Source of the DNA: an uncultured Acidobacteriota bacterium
Lineage (GTDB): Bacteria > Acidobacteriota > Vicinamibacteria > Vicinamibacterales > CAVVIG01
Reading direction: 5' to 3'
Assembly: GCA_963792785.1 (NCBI GenBank)
Contig: CAWBXO010000004.1
Coordinates: 578,278 to 642,277 of the forward strand
DNA length: 64,000 nucleotides
Positions within the stretch are counted from its first letter, which is position 1. Every line of letters starts with the position of its first letter. Positions 8,377 to 18,024 of this stretch are shown piece after piece. Position numbers and translations under genes: made by a program. The notes under the pieces are model-generated. The model had not been told where the DNA came from and did no database searches. It saw only the letters and a program-made list of their open reading frames with translations.

Positions 8377-9232
8377 TCGCTCGCACTGAGACCTGGAACT
8401 GAGGAACTCGAACTTCCGCGTTCTCCAGGCCGCCAGGTCCTCGTGGCCGACGACCAGCGCCGATCGCCCGCGCGTCGACGTGCGCGCGCCGGCGCTCGCG
8501 CCATGACTCGATCGCCGCGGCTTCGCCGGGGCGCATCTCCCCTGCAGCTCGTGCCCAGCCGTCGATCAGTTCCCGCTGCAAGTCCGCGTCGGCCGTGCCG
8601 AGGCGCCAGTCACTGGCGGCCCGCTCGACGCGATAGCCGCGTGCCGCGAACAGCTCACTCGCGCGGCGGGCGGCATCTGGGCCAAGCGCCGGGCCGAAGC
8701 CCTTGTCCGTCCGCTGATGCGCGTTCACGAGCGCGACGACGCCGTCGTCCATCGGATCCGCAGGGGTGCAGGCGATCCGGCCGTCGTAGCTGAGCGCGAA
8801 AAGCGCCGCGGCGCCGGCGGCCGCAATACGATCGACAAGATCGGCCAGCCACGCGTCCGAAACGAGATCCAGGAGCGCCGAGGCGGTGACGAGCGACGCG
8901 CCGGCGAGCACGCGTGCGTCATCCAGGCGGGCGAGATCGGCTTCGAGGCACTCGACGGCTGCCCCCGCGCCCGCGCCGTGCGCGCCGGCGGCTCGCGCGA
9001 GCAGCGCGGGATCGCGGTCGACCAGCCGCCAGCGCCAGGCGCCCGGGAGGCGCGGCGCCAGGAACCGCAGATTCGATCCGGTGCCGGCGCCGAGGTCGAC
9101 CGCCAGACGCTCGCCCTCCCCCGCCGTCGCGCCGCGGAGCGCGTCGATCGCGGCGCCGGTCACGGTCGCCGATCGCGCGGCCGCGTCCGCCGGCTCGCGA
9201 AGCGCCAGCCACTCCGCGCTAAAGCCGCTCAT
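8369..9232 (-). CDS. SAM-dependent methyltransferase
   Basis: Starts at MSGFSAEW (ATG 9232-9230), overlapping the upstream GT stop by 14 nt. SAM motif I is VDLGAGTGSNLRFL. The C-terminal ~30 aa are doubtful: an alternative frame near 8455-8470 reads GRSALVVGHEDLAAW, which looks more native and hints at local indels. Confidence 0.7.
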   Translation of the reverse strand: MSGFSAEWLALREPADAAARSATVTGAAIDALRGATAGEGERLAVDLGAGTGSNLRFLAPRLPGAWRWRLVDRDPALLARAAGAHGAGAGAAVECLEADLARLDDARVLAGASLVTASALLDLVSDAWLADLVDRIAAAGAAALFALSYDGRIACTPADPMDDGVVALVNAHQRTDKGFGPALGPDAARRASELFAARGYRVERAASDWRLGTADADLQRELIDGWARAAGEMRPGEAAAIESWRERRRAHVDARAIGAGRRPRGPGGLENAEVRVPQFQVSVRAIR

Positions 9233-10301
9233 GCGCCATCCAGTCGAGCGCGTCGGCGAACGCCGCGGCCGCCGCCGGCCAGGTCGGCAGCCGCGCGCGC
9301 GCGCGCCGCGCGCCCTCGGCGAACCGCCCGCGCAACGCCGGATCCGCCAGGACGCTCGACAGGGCGGCGGCCAGCGCCGCCGCGTCACCCGGGGGCACGA
9401 GGATGCCGGCGTCCTCGCCGATCAGGCCGGGAATCCCGCCGGTCGGCGTGCTGATCACGGGCAGTCCGCGCGCGAGGGCCTCGGCGACCGCCATCCCGTA
9501 CCCCTCGTGTCGCGTCGGCAGCACGAAGACGTCCGCGGCGTCGTAGTGCGCGTGCAGCGCCTCGGGCGCGGCTTCGCCCGCCAGCGTGACCAGATCCTCG
9601 AGGCCGGCCGCGCGAACGCGCGCCTTGAGGCGGTCCACGGTGCCCGCGTCGCGATCCAGGCTCCCGACGCAGACCAGCCGCCAGTTCCGCTCCGCGATCG
9701 ACGCGAGCGCGTCCACCAGCACGTCGTAGCCCTTCCGCGGCACCAGCGAACCGACCGCCAGCAGCCGCACCGTGCCACCGTCCGATCCGCGCGCGAGCGG
9801 CGCGGGGTCGGTGCCCGGCTCGACGACACGGACGCGACCGGGCGGCACGCCGTAGGACCGCAGCGCGTCCGCCGTTGCTCCGCTGGTGACGATGACCGCT
9901 CGCGCGGCCGCGAGCGCCCGGCGCTCGCTCGCATCGAGCGCGGCGCGCGATGACTCCGCCAGGCCCGTTTCGAGCGCCAGTGGATGGTGGACGAGCGCGG
10001 CGAACCGCAGGCGCGCGGCTTCGCGTTCGACTTCGTCCGGCACGGCGCCGAATGCCAGCCCGTCGACGACGACGATCGACGCATCCGGAAGGCGGGCCAG
10101 CGATCGCGCCAGGGCGGTGCGATCGCCCGCGCTCGGAAACGGATAAGCGCCTTCGGCCTCGATCACGTGAACGGTCCGGCCGAGCGCGCGCAGGCCGGCC
10201 ACGATGCGGCGGTCGTACTCGTAGCCGCCCGTGCGCGTCTCGATGCGGCCGGGCACGACGAGATGAACGGGCGGGGCGTCAGCGCGAGCCGATTTCGCCA
10301 T
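9219..10301 (-). CDS. Glycosyltransferase, GT4 / group-1 family
   Basis: Intact 360-aa ORF with a C-terminal GT-B signature ([27 protein letters not shown]). It overlaps the PTPS-like gene by 23 nt. Confidence 0.85.
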   Translation of the reverse strand: MAKSARADAPPVHLVVPGRIETRTGGYEYDRRIVAGLRALGRTVHVIEAEGAYPFPSAGDRTALARSLARLPDASIVVVDGLAFGAVPDEVEREAARLRFAALVHHPLALETGLAESSRAALDASERRALAAARAVIVTSGATADALRSYGVPPGRVRVVEPGTDPAPLARGSDGGTVRLLAVGSLVPRKGYDVLVDALASIAERNWRLVCVGSLDRDAGTVDRLKARVRAAGLEDLVTLAGEAAPEALHAHYDAADVFVLPTRHEGYGMAVAEALARGLPVISTPTGGIPGLIGEDAGILVPPGDAAALAAALSSVLADPALRGRFAEGARRARARLPTWPAAAAAFADALDWMAHERL

Positions 10302-10686
10302 CGTACGAGGCGGAAGCGACGTGCGACTCGTGCAGCGTCACGCGGAGGCCGCGGACGGCCGCCGCGCCGGGCCCGAGGCCGCCGTTCCGGATCGCCTCGG
10401 CCATCCGGTCGAACACCACGCGCGCGAGAAACTCCGTCGTCGTATTGCGCCCTGTGAACGCGGGGTCCTCGTCGAGGTTGCGATAACTCAGGCCGCCGAG
10501 AATCGCGTGGAGCGCCTCCGACGCGCGGCCGATGTCCACGACGATGCCGTCGGGGTCGAGATCGGGGCGGCGGAACTCGACGTCGACGACGAACGTGGCG
10601 CCGTGGAGGCGCTGCGCCGGGCCGAAGACCTCCCCGGAAAAACTGTGGGCGATCATCATGTGGTCGCGGACGGTGACGGTGTACAT
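10279..10686 (-). CDS. 6-pyruvoyl-tetrahydropterin synthase / QueD-family protein (atypical)
   Basis: Intact 135-aa ORF ([16 protein letters not shown]...[13 protein letters not shown]) with T-fold family layout. The usual HGH metal motif reads HGA here. Confidence 0.65.
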   Translation of the reverse strand: MYTVTVRDHMMIAHSFSGEVFGPAQRLHGATFVVDVEFRRPDLDPDGIVVDIGRASEALHAILGGLSYRNLDEDPAFTGRNTTTEFLARVVFDRMAEAIRNGGLGPGAAAVRGLRVTLHESHVASASYDGEIGSR

Positions 10687-10697
10687 GCGAACCTCGG

Positions 10698-11672
10698 TCA
10701 GCGGTCGTACCGGATGCGGTGGCAGATGGTGTCGCCGGGCGCCGCGGCCAGCCGGGCCATCGTGGCCGGCAGGTCCTCGAACGCGCTCTCGCCGGTGATC
10801 AGCACGTCCAGGGCGGGATCCGCCAGGAGCGACAGCGCGAGCTGCATGCGCCGGCCGTGGTCCCAGCGCGCGCGCTGCGGCGCGGCGACGACGCTCACCT
10901 GGGACGACCGGATCGTGAGCCGGCGCGCGTGGAACGCCTCGCCGAGCGGCAGCGTCACCGGCCGATCGCCGTACCAGCTCATCTCAACGATCGTGCTCTC
11001 GAAGCCGGCCAGCGTGAGCGCGAGCGACAGCCCTTCGGGCGATCCGCTGGCGTGCACGACGACGTCGGCGTCGCGCGACGCGCGATCGGGCGTCGCGAAG
11101 CCCGCGCCGAGCGCACCGGCGACCCGGGAGCGCGCGGAGTTCGTGTCGACCAGTTCCACGCGACAGCCCGGCAGGCGCGCGGCCAGCCATGCCACCAGGC
11201 AGCCCACGGTGCCGCCGCCAATGACGGTGACGCGGTCGCCCACCTGCGGACGCGCGTCCCACAGCCCGTTGATCGCGGTCTCGAGGTTCGACGCAAGGAT
11301 CGCGCGCGCCGACGGGACATCGTCGGGAATCACCGTGGCGGCGGAGGCCGGCACCACGTACCGCGTCTGGTGCGGGTAGAGGACGAACACGCGCCGGCCG
11401 CGCAGCGACGCGGGCCCCTCTTCGACGTCGCCGACGCTCACGTAGCCGTACTTGAGCGGCCCGGGAAATTCTCCGGCCTGGAACGGCGCGCGCATCCGGG
11501 CGTATTCGCTCGGCGGCACGCGCCCGCTGAAGACGAGCGCCTCGGTGCCGCGGCTCACGCCGCTGTAGGCCGCGCGCACGAGGACGTCATCGGCGCCAAG
11601 GGGGGCCACGGCCTCGTCGCGGATCTCGCCCCGCCCGGGAGCGAGCGTCCAGAATGCACGCGCGGTCGCCAT
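10698..11672 (-). CDS. Zinc-type medium-chain dehydrogenase/reductase (MDR family)
   Basis: Intact 324-aa ORF. It has the GVSRGTE catalytic-domain motif and a Rossmann GGGTVG motif ([15 protein letters not shown]). Confidence 0.8.
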   Translation of the reverse strand: MATARAFWTLAPGRGEIRDEAVAPLGADDVLVRAAYSGVSRGTEALVFSGRVPPSEYARMRAPFQAGEFPGPLKYGYVSVGDVEEGPASLRGRRVFVLYPHQTRYVVPASAATVIPDDVPSARAILASNLETAINGLWDARPQVGDRVTVIGGGTVGCLVAWLAARLPGCRVELVDTNSARSRVAGALGAGFATPDRASRDADVVVHASGSPEGLSLALTLAGFESTIVEMSWYGDRPVTLPLGEAFHARRLTIRSSQVSVVAAPQRARWDHGRRMQLALSLLADPALDVLITGESAFEDLPATMARLAAAPGDTICHRIRYDR

Positions 11673-11706
11673 CGCACGTCAAGGATACAATCGAATCGCG
11701 CGGTTC

Positions 11707-12312
11707 ATGTATCTGATCAAAGCGGCCACCGTCTTCATGGTCATCGTCACTGTCGCCATGGCGTTGCGCGCGCGGGCGGGCCCCTCGACGTCGCTCGGGG
11801 CGGCGGACTGGGTCACGGCCGTGCGGGCCTTGATCGTCGCGCTCATGGCGGGGCTGGTCGGCGAGGCGGGCGCCGGCCGCTTCACGGTGGCGGCCACCGC
11901 CGGCGGCGTCACGGTGGCGGCGCTCGACGGCGTCGACGGCTGGCTCGCGCGCCGCGGCACGCCGACCGCGTTCGGCGCGCGCTTCGACATGGAAGTGGAC
12001 GCGCTCCTGATCCTGGTGCTGTCGATCCTCTGCTGGCAGTTGGGCAAGGCCGGCGCGTGGGTGCTCGCCTCCGGGCTGCTCCGCTACGCGTTCGTCGCCG
12101 CCGGCGCCGTCTGGCCCTGGCTGACGCGCCCCCTGCCGCCGAGCGGACGCCGCAAGACGATCTGCGTCGTGCAGGTCGTCGGCCTCATCGTCGCGATCGC
12201 GCCGATCGTGCCGCCGCCGCTCAGCGCGTGGGCGGCCGCGCTCGCCCTCGCGGCCCTCACGTACTCGTTCCTCCTGGATACCCTGTGGCTCCATCGTCAC
12301 GCGGCCGTGTAG
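11707..12312 (+). CDS. CDP-alcohol phosphatidyltransferase family protein
   Basis: Intact 201-aa polytopic ORF with the complete signature D-G-x2-A-R-x8-G-x3-D-x3-D in LDGVDGWLARRGTPTAFGARFDMEVDALL. Confidence 0.85.
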   Translation: MYLIKAATVFMVIVTVAMALRARAGPSTSLGAADWVTAVRALIVALMAGLVGEAGAGRFTVAATAGGVTVAALDGVDGWLARRGTPTAFGARFDMEVDALLILVLSILCWQLGKAGAWVLASGLLRYAFVAAGAVWPWLTRPLPPSGRRKTICVVQVVGLIVAIAPIVPPPLSAWAAALALAALTYSFLLDTLWLHRHAAV

Positions 12313-13949
12313 CCCGGGGGCTGGCGCTCGCCGGCGCCCTCGTCCTTCTCGATTTCTCGCTGACGTTCGGCAACGTCTGGCCGACGCCGGCCATCCGGCC
12401 GGAATGGCAGCTCTCGGCGGAGCTGGCGGCCGTCGTGCTCGCGTTCGCCGCGCTGTCCCGCCTCACGTCGCGCCCGGCGCCCGCGCGCCTGCTCCGGTGG
12501 CTGAGCGCCGCCTGGGTGCTCCTGGTCATCGGCCATTACGCCGACGTCACGACGCCCGCGCTCTACGGCCGCGAGGTGAATCTGTTCTGGGATCTGCGGT
12601 ACGTCTCGGACGTCACGGCGATGATGACGCGCGTCGCCGCCTGGTGGATCATCCTGCTCGCCGTCGCCGGCGCGGCCGCCGGGCTCGCGCTGATGTACGC
12701 CGGCGCGCGATGGGGCCTCGGCGCCGTCGCGGCCGCGGCCGCCCGGCCGCGTGAACGGCGGTACCTGGCGGCCGGCGCGGCGCTCGCGCTCCTCTGGTTC
12801 GGCGTCGACCGCTTGCGTCCGGTGCCGGACGATCCGTATCTGGACGACGGGTCCGTGTTCGCGGCGCCGGTGACGGCTACGTACGCGCGCCAGGCGCGCC
12901 TCGCCCTCACGGCGCTGGCCGCGCGGACGGGCACGCTCACGATCGCGCCCAGCCCGACGTTTTCCTCAGACCTGTCGCGGCTCGACGGCGCCGACGTCGT
13001 GCTTGTGTTCGTCGAGTCGTACGGCGCCGTGACGTACGACCGGCCGGAGATCGCGCGCGTCGCCGGCCCGGCGCGGGACCGGTTCGTCGAGGCGGCGCGC
13101 GACACGGGACGCGACGTCGTGTCGGCGTTCGTCACGTCCCCGACGTTCGGCGGGGGCTCCTGGCTGGCGCACCTCAGCCTGCTCTCGGGCGTGGACGTGC
13201 GCGACCCGGACACCTACGCGCTGCTCATGAACCAGCCGGATCGGCGCACGCTGGTCTCGTTCTTCAACCGGCACGGCTACCGGACGGTGGCGCTCATGCC
13301 CGGCATGCAGCAGGCGTGGCCCGAGGGCGCGTTCTACCGCTACGACACGCTGTACGACGAGGCGGCGCTCGCGTACAAGGGCTGGGCCTTCGGCTGGTGG
13401 AACATCCCCGATCAATATTCGATGGCGAAGTTCAACGCCGACGAGCTCGCGGCGGCGGATCGCGCGCCGGTCTTCGCCGTGTTCCCCACGATCAACACGC
13501 ACACGCCGTTCAGCCCGACGCCGCCGTACCAGGCGGACTGGCCGCGCGTGCTCTCGACCCATCCGTTCGACCAGGCCGATCTCGACCGCGCGTTCGCGGA
13601 GCCGCCCGACTGGCTCGACCTGGGCCCCGACTACGCGCGGGCCGTGAACTACGACCTGGCCTCGCTCGCCGGCTTCGTCCGCCAGCGGCGGGATCGCGGC
13701 CTGGTGATGATCGTGCTCGGCGACCACCAGCCGCCCTCCATGGTGAGCGGCAGGGGGGCGACCTGGGACGTGCCCGTGCACATCCTCGCCGCACCCGGGC
13801 CGCTGCTGGATCGGTTGATCGCCGCCGGCTTCACGCGCGGCGTCGCGCCCCCGCGCCCGTCGATCGGCCCGATGCACGACCTCGGATCGATCTTGCTCGA
13901 TGCATTCGGCGAACCTGAGCCGTCCGCCGCCGCCCCGCCGCCGTCTTAA
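12285..13949 (+). CDS. Membrane-anchored sulfatase / alkaline-phosphatase-fold protein (LTA-synthase / phosphoglycerol-transferase-like)
   Basis: This is the real 3' part of the artefactually long ORF 10719..13949. The N-terminal TM region (LALAGALVLLDFSL...) is followed by a soluble domain (VLVFVESYG...TSPTFGGGSWLAH...VMIVLGDHQP). The start is uncertain; GTG 12285 is proposed and overlaps the preceding gene. Confidence 0.65.
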   Translation: MAPSSRGRVARGLALAGALVLLDFSLTFGNVWPTPAIRPEWQLSAELAAVVLAFAALSRLTSRPAPARLLRWLSAAWVLLVIGHYADVTTPALYGREVNLFWDLRYVSDVTAMMTRVAAWWIILLAVAGAAAGLALMYAGARWGLGAVAAAAARPRERRYLAAGAALALLWFGVDRLRPVPDDPYLDDGSVFAAPVTATYARQARLALTALAARTGTLTIAPSPTFSSDLSRLDGADVVLVFVESYGAVTYDRPEIARVAGPARDRFVEAARDTGRDVVSAFVTSPTFGGGSWLAHLSLLSGVDVRDPDTYALLMNQPDRRTLVSFFNRHGYRTVALMPGMQQAWPEGAFYRYDTLYDEAALAYKGWAFGWWNIPDQYSMAKFNADELAAADRAPVFAVFPTINTHTPFSPTPPYQADWPRVLSTHPFDQADLDRAFAEPPDWLDLGPDYARAVNYDLASLAGFVRQRRDRGLVMIVLGDHQPPSMVSGRGATWDVPVHILAAPGPLLDRLIAAGFTRGVAPPRPSIGPMHDLGSILLDAFGEPEPSAAAPPPS

Positions 13950-13982
13950 TTATTGGTAGGATCACCCCGAGGAGTGTGCGCC

Positions 13983-14825
13983 ATGCCGGACTACTCGGAC
14001 TTCGAACTGAATCGGCAGCCCGGCGACCCGCTCGAGCCCGAGCCCCCGTCGAGCGCCACCAAGTGGATCATCCTCGCCGTCCTGGTGGTTGCCGGGGCGT
14101 GCGCCGTGTGGTTCGCAATGTCGCGGCGCGCGCCCGCCCCCGAGCCCGAGGCGCAGCCGGCGCCCGTCGCTGCCGCGCCCGTGGCGCCCGCGCTCGGCGC
14201 CGCGCCGGCGCCGGTCGAGGTCCCCGCGCTCGACGCGAGCGACGCCTTCGTCCGCGAGGCCGTGCGGCAGCTCTCGACGCACCCGACCATCGCCGCCTGG
14301 CTGGCGACCGACGGCCTCATCCGGAACTTCACGGTGGTGGTCACGACCATCGCGGACGGCAAGACGCCGTCGCGCCAGCTGCGCGCCGTCAGGCCGCAGG
14401 GCCGGTTCGTCGTCGCCGGCCGCGGCGACGCCGCGACGATCGACGCGCGTTCGTACGCGCGGTACGACGGCTACGTCGAGGCGCTGGCGTCGATCGATCC
14501 GCAGGGCGCGGCGCAGCTCTACGCCACGCTCAAGCCGCGCATCGAGGAGGCCTACCGCGACCTCGGGTTTCCGAACACGCCGTTCGATCGCACGCTCACG
14601 CGCGCCTTCGTGGTGCTGTTGAACACGCCGGTCGTCGACGGCCCGATCGGGCTGCAGCCGTCGGGCGCCCAGGCGTACGCGTTCGCGGATCCCAATCTCG
14701 AGACCCTGCCGGGAGCCCAGCGCCAGCTGCTGCGGATGGGCCCGGAGAACGTGCGGAAGACCGAGGCCGCGTTGCGCGCCGTGGCAATGGCGCTCGGGAT
14801 CCCATCGGACCAGCTGCCGAACTAG
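13983..14825 (+). CDS. DUF3014-like membrane-anchored protein
   Basis: ATG 13983 is preceded by GAGGAG. One TM segment (WIILAVLVVAGACAVWF) and a Pro/Ala-rich linker precede a conserved C-terminal domain. The family call is from memory. Confidence 0.5.
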   Translation: MPDYSDFELNRQPGDPLEPEPPSSATKWIILAVLVVAGACAVWFAMSRRAPAPEPEAQPAPVAAAPVAPALGAAPAPVEVPALDASDAFVREAVRQLSTHPTIAAWLATDGLIRNFTVVVTTIADGKTPSRQLRAVRPQGRFVVAGRGDAATIDARSYARYDGYVEALASIDPQGAAQLYATLKPRIEEAYRDLGFPNTPFDRTLTRAFVVLLNTPVVDGPIGLQPSGAQAYAFADPNLETLPGAQRQLLRMGPENVRKTEAALRAVAMALGIPSDQLPN

Positions 14826-14847
14826 GGACCGACCGCGCGCGCGGCGG

Positions 14848-15174
14848 TCACGCCTCGAGCGCGCGGGCCATGGCGCCGGCAATCCGCTGCCACTGGCTCT
14901 TCTCTTCCTTGAGTTGTCGGCGGCCCGCCGGCGTCAGCCGGTAGTACTTCGCGCGCCGGTTGTTCTCCGACGCCCGCCATCGGGCCGCCAGCCATCCAGC
15001 CTCCTCCAGGCGATGGAGCGCGGGAAAGAGGGAGCCCGCCTGCACCTGGAACGTGCCGCGGGTGATCTGATCGATTCGCCGCGATACGCCCAGCCCGTGC
15101 AGCTCGTCGAGGCTGACCGCCTTGAGAATGAGGAGATCGAGGGTGCCCTGGAGCAGGGCCGCGGGAGGGGTCAT
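14848..15174 (-). CDS. PadR-family transcriptional regulator
   Basis: 108-aa C-terminal part of a long shadow ORF, starting at MTPPAALLQGTLDLLILKAV (ATG 15174-15172). The PadR winged-helix signature is GSLFPALHRLEEAGWL...RRAKYYRLT. Confidence 0.85.
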   Translation of the reverse strand: MTPPAALLQGTLDLLILKAVSLDELHGLGVSRRIDQITRGTFQVQAGSLFPALHRLEEAGWLAARWRASENNRRAKYYRLTPAGRRQLKEEKSQWQRIAGAMARALEA

Positions 15175-15183
15175 CGACACGCT

Positions 15184-15202
15184 CCTATCGTCATTCGATA
15201 GG
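15184..15202. promoter_or_regulatory. Palindromic operator candidate, CCTATCG-TCAT-TCGATAGG
   Basis: Read directly. It lies between the putative padR -10 and the padR start, and is a near-copy of the palindrome at 15274-15292. Confidence 0.5.
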
Positions 15203-15205
15203 GAG

Positions 15206-15234
15206 ACGGTACTCGCCCCCCGCGGCGCTGTCAA
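15206..15234 (-). promoter_or_regulatory. Putative sigma70-type promoter of padR (TTGACA, 17 nt spacer, TACCGT on the minus strand)
   Basis: The plus strand has tgtcaa at 15229-15234 and acggta at 15206-15211. The -10 is weak. Confidence 0.35.
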
Positions 15235-15240
15235 CCCGCC

Positions 15241-15269
15241 TTGACATCGCGCGCGTTCGATCCTAAGGT
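15241..15269 (+). promoter_or_regulatory. Putative sigma70-type promoter of the ADOP permease gene (TTGACA, 17 nt spacer, TAAGGT)
   Basis: TTGACA at 15241-15246 and TAAGGT at 15264-15269. It sits back-to-back with the padR -35. Confidence 0.4.
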
Positions 15270-15273
15270 GTGA

Positions 15274-15292
15274 CCTATCGAATGTCGATAGG
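15274..15292. promoter_or_regulatory. Palindromic operator candidate, CCTATCGA-ATG-TCGATAGG (perfect 8-bp arms)
   Basis: Read directly. It lies immediately downstream of the putative -10 and overlaps the RBS region (GGAGAAGG) of the permease gene. Confidence 0.55.
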
Positions 15293-15303
15293 AGAAGGCC
15301 TGA

Positions 15304-17994
15304 ATGCGCCTCGCCGCCCGGCTGGCCGCCCTCTACCGGAACCTCACGGCCCGTGATCGCGTCGATCACGACCTCGACGACGAAGTTCGTGCCGCGTTCG
15401 ACCTGCTCGTGGAGGAGCGCGCGCGCGCGGACCGGACGCCCGGCGACGCCCGCCGCGCGGCGGCGCTCGAATTCGGCGGCGTGGAGCAGGTCAAGGAGCG
15501 CGTGCGCGACGCCCACGCCGGCGCGGTCGTGAGCCGGTGGGCCGCCGACCTGGGGCGAGACCTCGGGCTGGGCATACGCGGCCTGCTGCGGCGTCCGCTG
15601 TTGACGGGCGTCGCGCTCGTCACGCTCGCGCTCGGCATCGGCGCGAACGCCGCCATCTTCAGCGTCGTGCGCGCCGTGTTGCTGCGGCCGCTCCCCTACG
15701 ACGCGCCCGACCGGCTCGTGCGCGTGACCGGACGGAACACCGCGACCGGCGATGCGGGCAACCTCTCTCCGGCCGACTTCTACGATCTGGAACACGACGC
15801 CCGGACGATCGAGCGGATGGGGGTGCACGGCTTCATCGACCGGTTCACCCTGGGCGGCGACGGCCGCGACGCCGAGCGCGTCGGCACCGTCCGGGTCACC
15901 GAAGGATTCTTCCCCACCCTCGGCGTCGACGCGGCGCTCGGCCGGGTGTTCGCCGCCGACGAGGACCGCCCGGGCGCGCCGCCGGTCGCCGTGATCTCCG
16001 ACGGCCTCTGGCGCCGCCGCTTCGGCGGCGATCCCGCCATCGTCGGACGCACGGTCGCGATCAACGCCGTGCCGACGACGATCGTCGGCGTGCTGCCGCC
16101 GGCGTTCCGTCACGTGGAGGAGGACCCCGCGCGCGCCGCGGATCTGTTCATGCTCTATCAGTTCGATCGGGCGCAGCCGAACCGGGGCGGCCACTTCGTT
16201 CGCGCGGTCGCCCGGCTGCGCCCGGGCCGGACCGTCGCGGAAGCCGGCGCCGAGCTGACCGGGATCGCGGCGCGGCTGGCGAGCGAGTATCCCGCCAGCA
16301 ACACCGACCGCGGCGTGCGCGTGCAGCCGCTGCGCGACGCGATCGTGGCCGGCGCCCGGCCCGTGCTGCTGCTCCTGCTCGGCGCCTCCGGATTCGTGCT
16401 GCTCGTCGTCTGCGCCAACGTCGCGAACCTGCTGCTCGCGGCCGGCGCCGCGCGGCAGCGCGAGCTCGCCGTGCGGGCGGCCCTCGGGGCGGGACGCGGC
16501 CGTCTCGTGCGGCAGATGCTCACGGAAAGCCTGGTGCTCGGCGGCGCCGGCGCGGCCGGAGGCCTTCTCGTCGCGACACTCGCGATGCCGCTGCTGACGG
16601 CGCTCTCGGCCGCCGGCATGCCGCGCGTCTCCGACGTGCGCATCGACGCCGCCGTCCTGGCGTTCACCGCCGCCGTCACCGTCGCGGCGAGCGTCGCCTT
16701 CGGCCTGCTGCCGGCGCTGGCCCTGCTCGGGCCCGACGTCCACGAGGCGCTGAAGCAGGGCGGCCGCCAGCCCGGCACGCTCGTCCACGGGCGCGCGCGC
16801 GACGCCCTCATTCTCGGCGAAGTCGCCGTCTCGGTCGTGCTGTTGGTCGGCGCCGGTTTGCTCGTCGAAAGCCTGTGGCGGCTGCAGGCGGTCGACCCCG
16901 GCTTCGACGCCAGCCACGCCGTGACGATGAGCGTCGCGCTGCCGACGGCGCGCTACGCGGAGGGCACCGAGATTCCCTTCTATCAACAGCTCGAAGAACG
17001 GATTCGGCAGCTGCCGGGCGTGGCCCAGGTCGGCGCGGTGAACATCCTGCCCCTCAGCAACAACTACGACGGCCGCGGTATCCAGATCGACGATCATCCG
17101 CAGCCACCCGGTCAGGGGCCGTCGCCTGAGGCCCGCTCCATCACGCCCGGGTACTTCGCGGCCATGGGGATTCCGCTCGCGCGCGGCCGCGTGTTCGACG
17201 CGCGCGATCGCACGGACGCCCCGCTCGTCGCGATCGTGTCGGATTCGATGGCGCGCCGCTACTGGCCCGGCGCGGACGCGCTGGGGCGCCGCATCACATT
17301 CAACGCCGGCGTGAGCGACGAGGGCCGCCGCGACGTGGGCGGGCCCGGCTCCCGCGAGATCGTCGGGATCGTGGGCGACGTGAAGCATCTCGGGCTCGCC
17401 GAAGAGGAAGGCATTCCGACCTTCTACACGCCGCACGCGCAGCAACCGTCGTATCACGCGATGACACTGGTCGTGCGGACGGCCGGCGATCCCGGCGCCC
17501 TGGTCGCGTCCGTCCGGTCCGCGCTGTCGCAGATGGACGCCGAGGTGCCGCTGGCCGACGTGCGCTCGCTCGATCAGGTGCTGTCGAACGCGGCCGCCGA
17601 GCCGGCGGTGCGCACCGGCCTGTTCGCGCTGTTCGCGGGGCTGGCCCTGGTGCTGGCGGCGGTCGGCGTCTACGGTGTCGTCGGATATCTGGTCGCGCAG
17701 CGGACGCAGGAAATCGGCGTCCGGATGGCGCTCGGCGCCTCGCCGGCCGCGGTTCTCGCGATGGTCGTCCGCGATGGCATGCGGCCCGTGCTGCTCGGAA
17801 TGGCCGTCGGCCTCGTGGGCGCGCTGGCGCTGAGCCGTCTGCTGCAGGCCCTGCTGTTCGGCGTCTCCGCGACGAACGCAACGGCGTATCTCGCCGCCTG
17901 CGGCGCGCTGGCGCTGGCCAGCCTGTTCGCGACGCTCGTGCCGGCCTGGCGGGCGATCGGCGTCGATCCCGTGACGGCCTTGCGCGGCGAGTAA
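15304..17994 (+). CDS. ABC-type permease with duplicated FtsX/MacB-like halves (acidobacterial duplicated orphan permease, ADOP family)
   Basis: Intact 896-aa ORF. It has two MacB-periplasmic plus FtsX 4-TM halves, an N-terminal cytoplasmic helix and the classic pairing with PadR. Confidence 0.85.
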   Translation: MRLAARLAALYRNLTARDRVDHDLDDEVRAAFDLLVEERARADRTPGDARRAAALEFGGVEQVKERVRDAHAGAVVSRWAADLGRDLGLGIRGLLRRPLLTGVALVTLALGIGANAAIFSVVRAVLLRPLPYDAPDRLVRVTGRNTATGDAGNLSPADFYDLEHDARTIERMGVHGFIDRFTLGGDGRDAERVGTVRVTEGFFPTLGVDAALGRVFAADEDRPGAPPVAVISDGLWRRRFGGDPAIVGRTVAINAVPTTIVGVLPPAFRHVEEDPARAADLFMLYQFDRAQPNRGGHFVRAVARLRPGRTVAEAGAELTGIAARLASEYPASNTDRGVRVQPLRDAIVAGARPVLLLLLGASGFVLLVVCANVANLLLAAGAARQRELAVRAALGAGRGRLVRQMLTESLVLGGAGAAGGLLVATLAMPLLTALSAAGMPRVSDVRIDAAVLAFTAAVTVAASVAFGLLPALALLGPDVHEALKQGGRQPGTLVHGRARDALILGEVAVSVVLLVGAGLLVESLWRLQAVDPGFDASHAVTMSVALPTARYAEGTEIPFYQQLEERIRQLPGVAQVGAVNILPLSNNYDGRGIQIDDHPQPPGQGPSPEARSITPGYFAAMGIPLARGRVFDARDRTDAPLVAIVSDSMARRYWPGADALGRRITFNAGVSDEGRRDVGGPGSREIVGIVGDVKHLGLAEEEGIPTFYTPHAQQPSYHAMTLVVRTAGDPGALVASVRSALSQMDAEVPLADVRSLDQVLSNAAAEPAVRTGLFALFAGLALVLAAVGVYGVVGYLVAQRTQEIGVRMALGASPAAVLAMVVRDGMRPVLLGMAVGLVGALALSRLLQALLFGVSATNATAYLAACGALALASLFATLVPAWRAIGVDPVTALRGE

Positions 17995-18024
17995 CCGGAT
18001 CGGTCCGCAGCGCCCGGGCTGACG

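Noticed and set aside
8391-8430. An independent terminator hairpin between the RibD-C and methyltransferase genes.
   Set aside because: Only weak, imperfect inverted repeats around a single degenerate ctgaggaa unit are present. The region is also covered by the uncertain 3' end of the methyltransferase ORF.
10719-12284. N-terminal 520 aa of the 1076-aa ORF 10719..13949. The long N-terminal extensions of ORFs 14848..17457, 18025..19023, 18735..21560, 24143..25669, 31992..33923 and 40851..41855 belong to the same group.
   Set aside because: Only the 3' parts show protein-like sequence, RBS-supported starts and family motifs. The upstream parts overlap real genes on the other strand.
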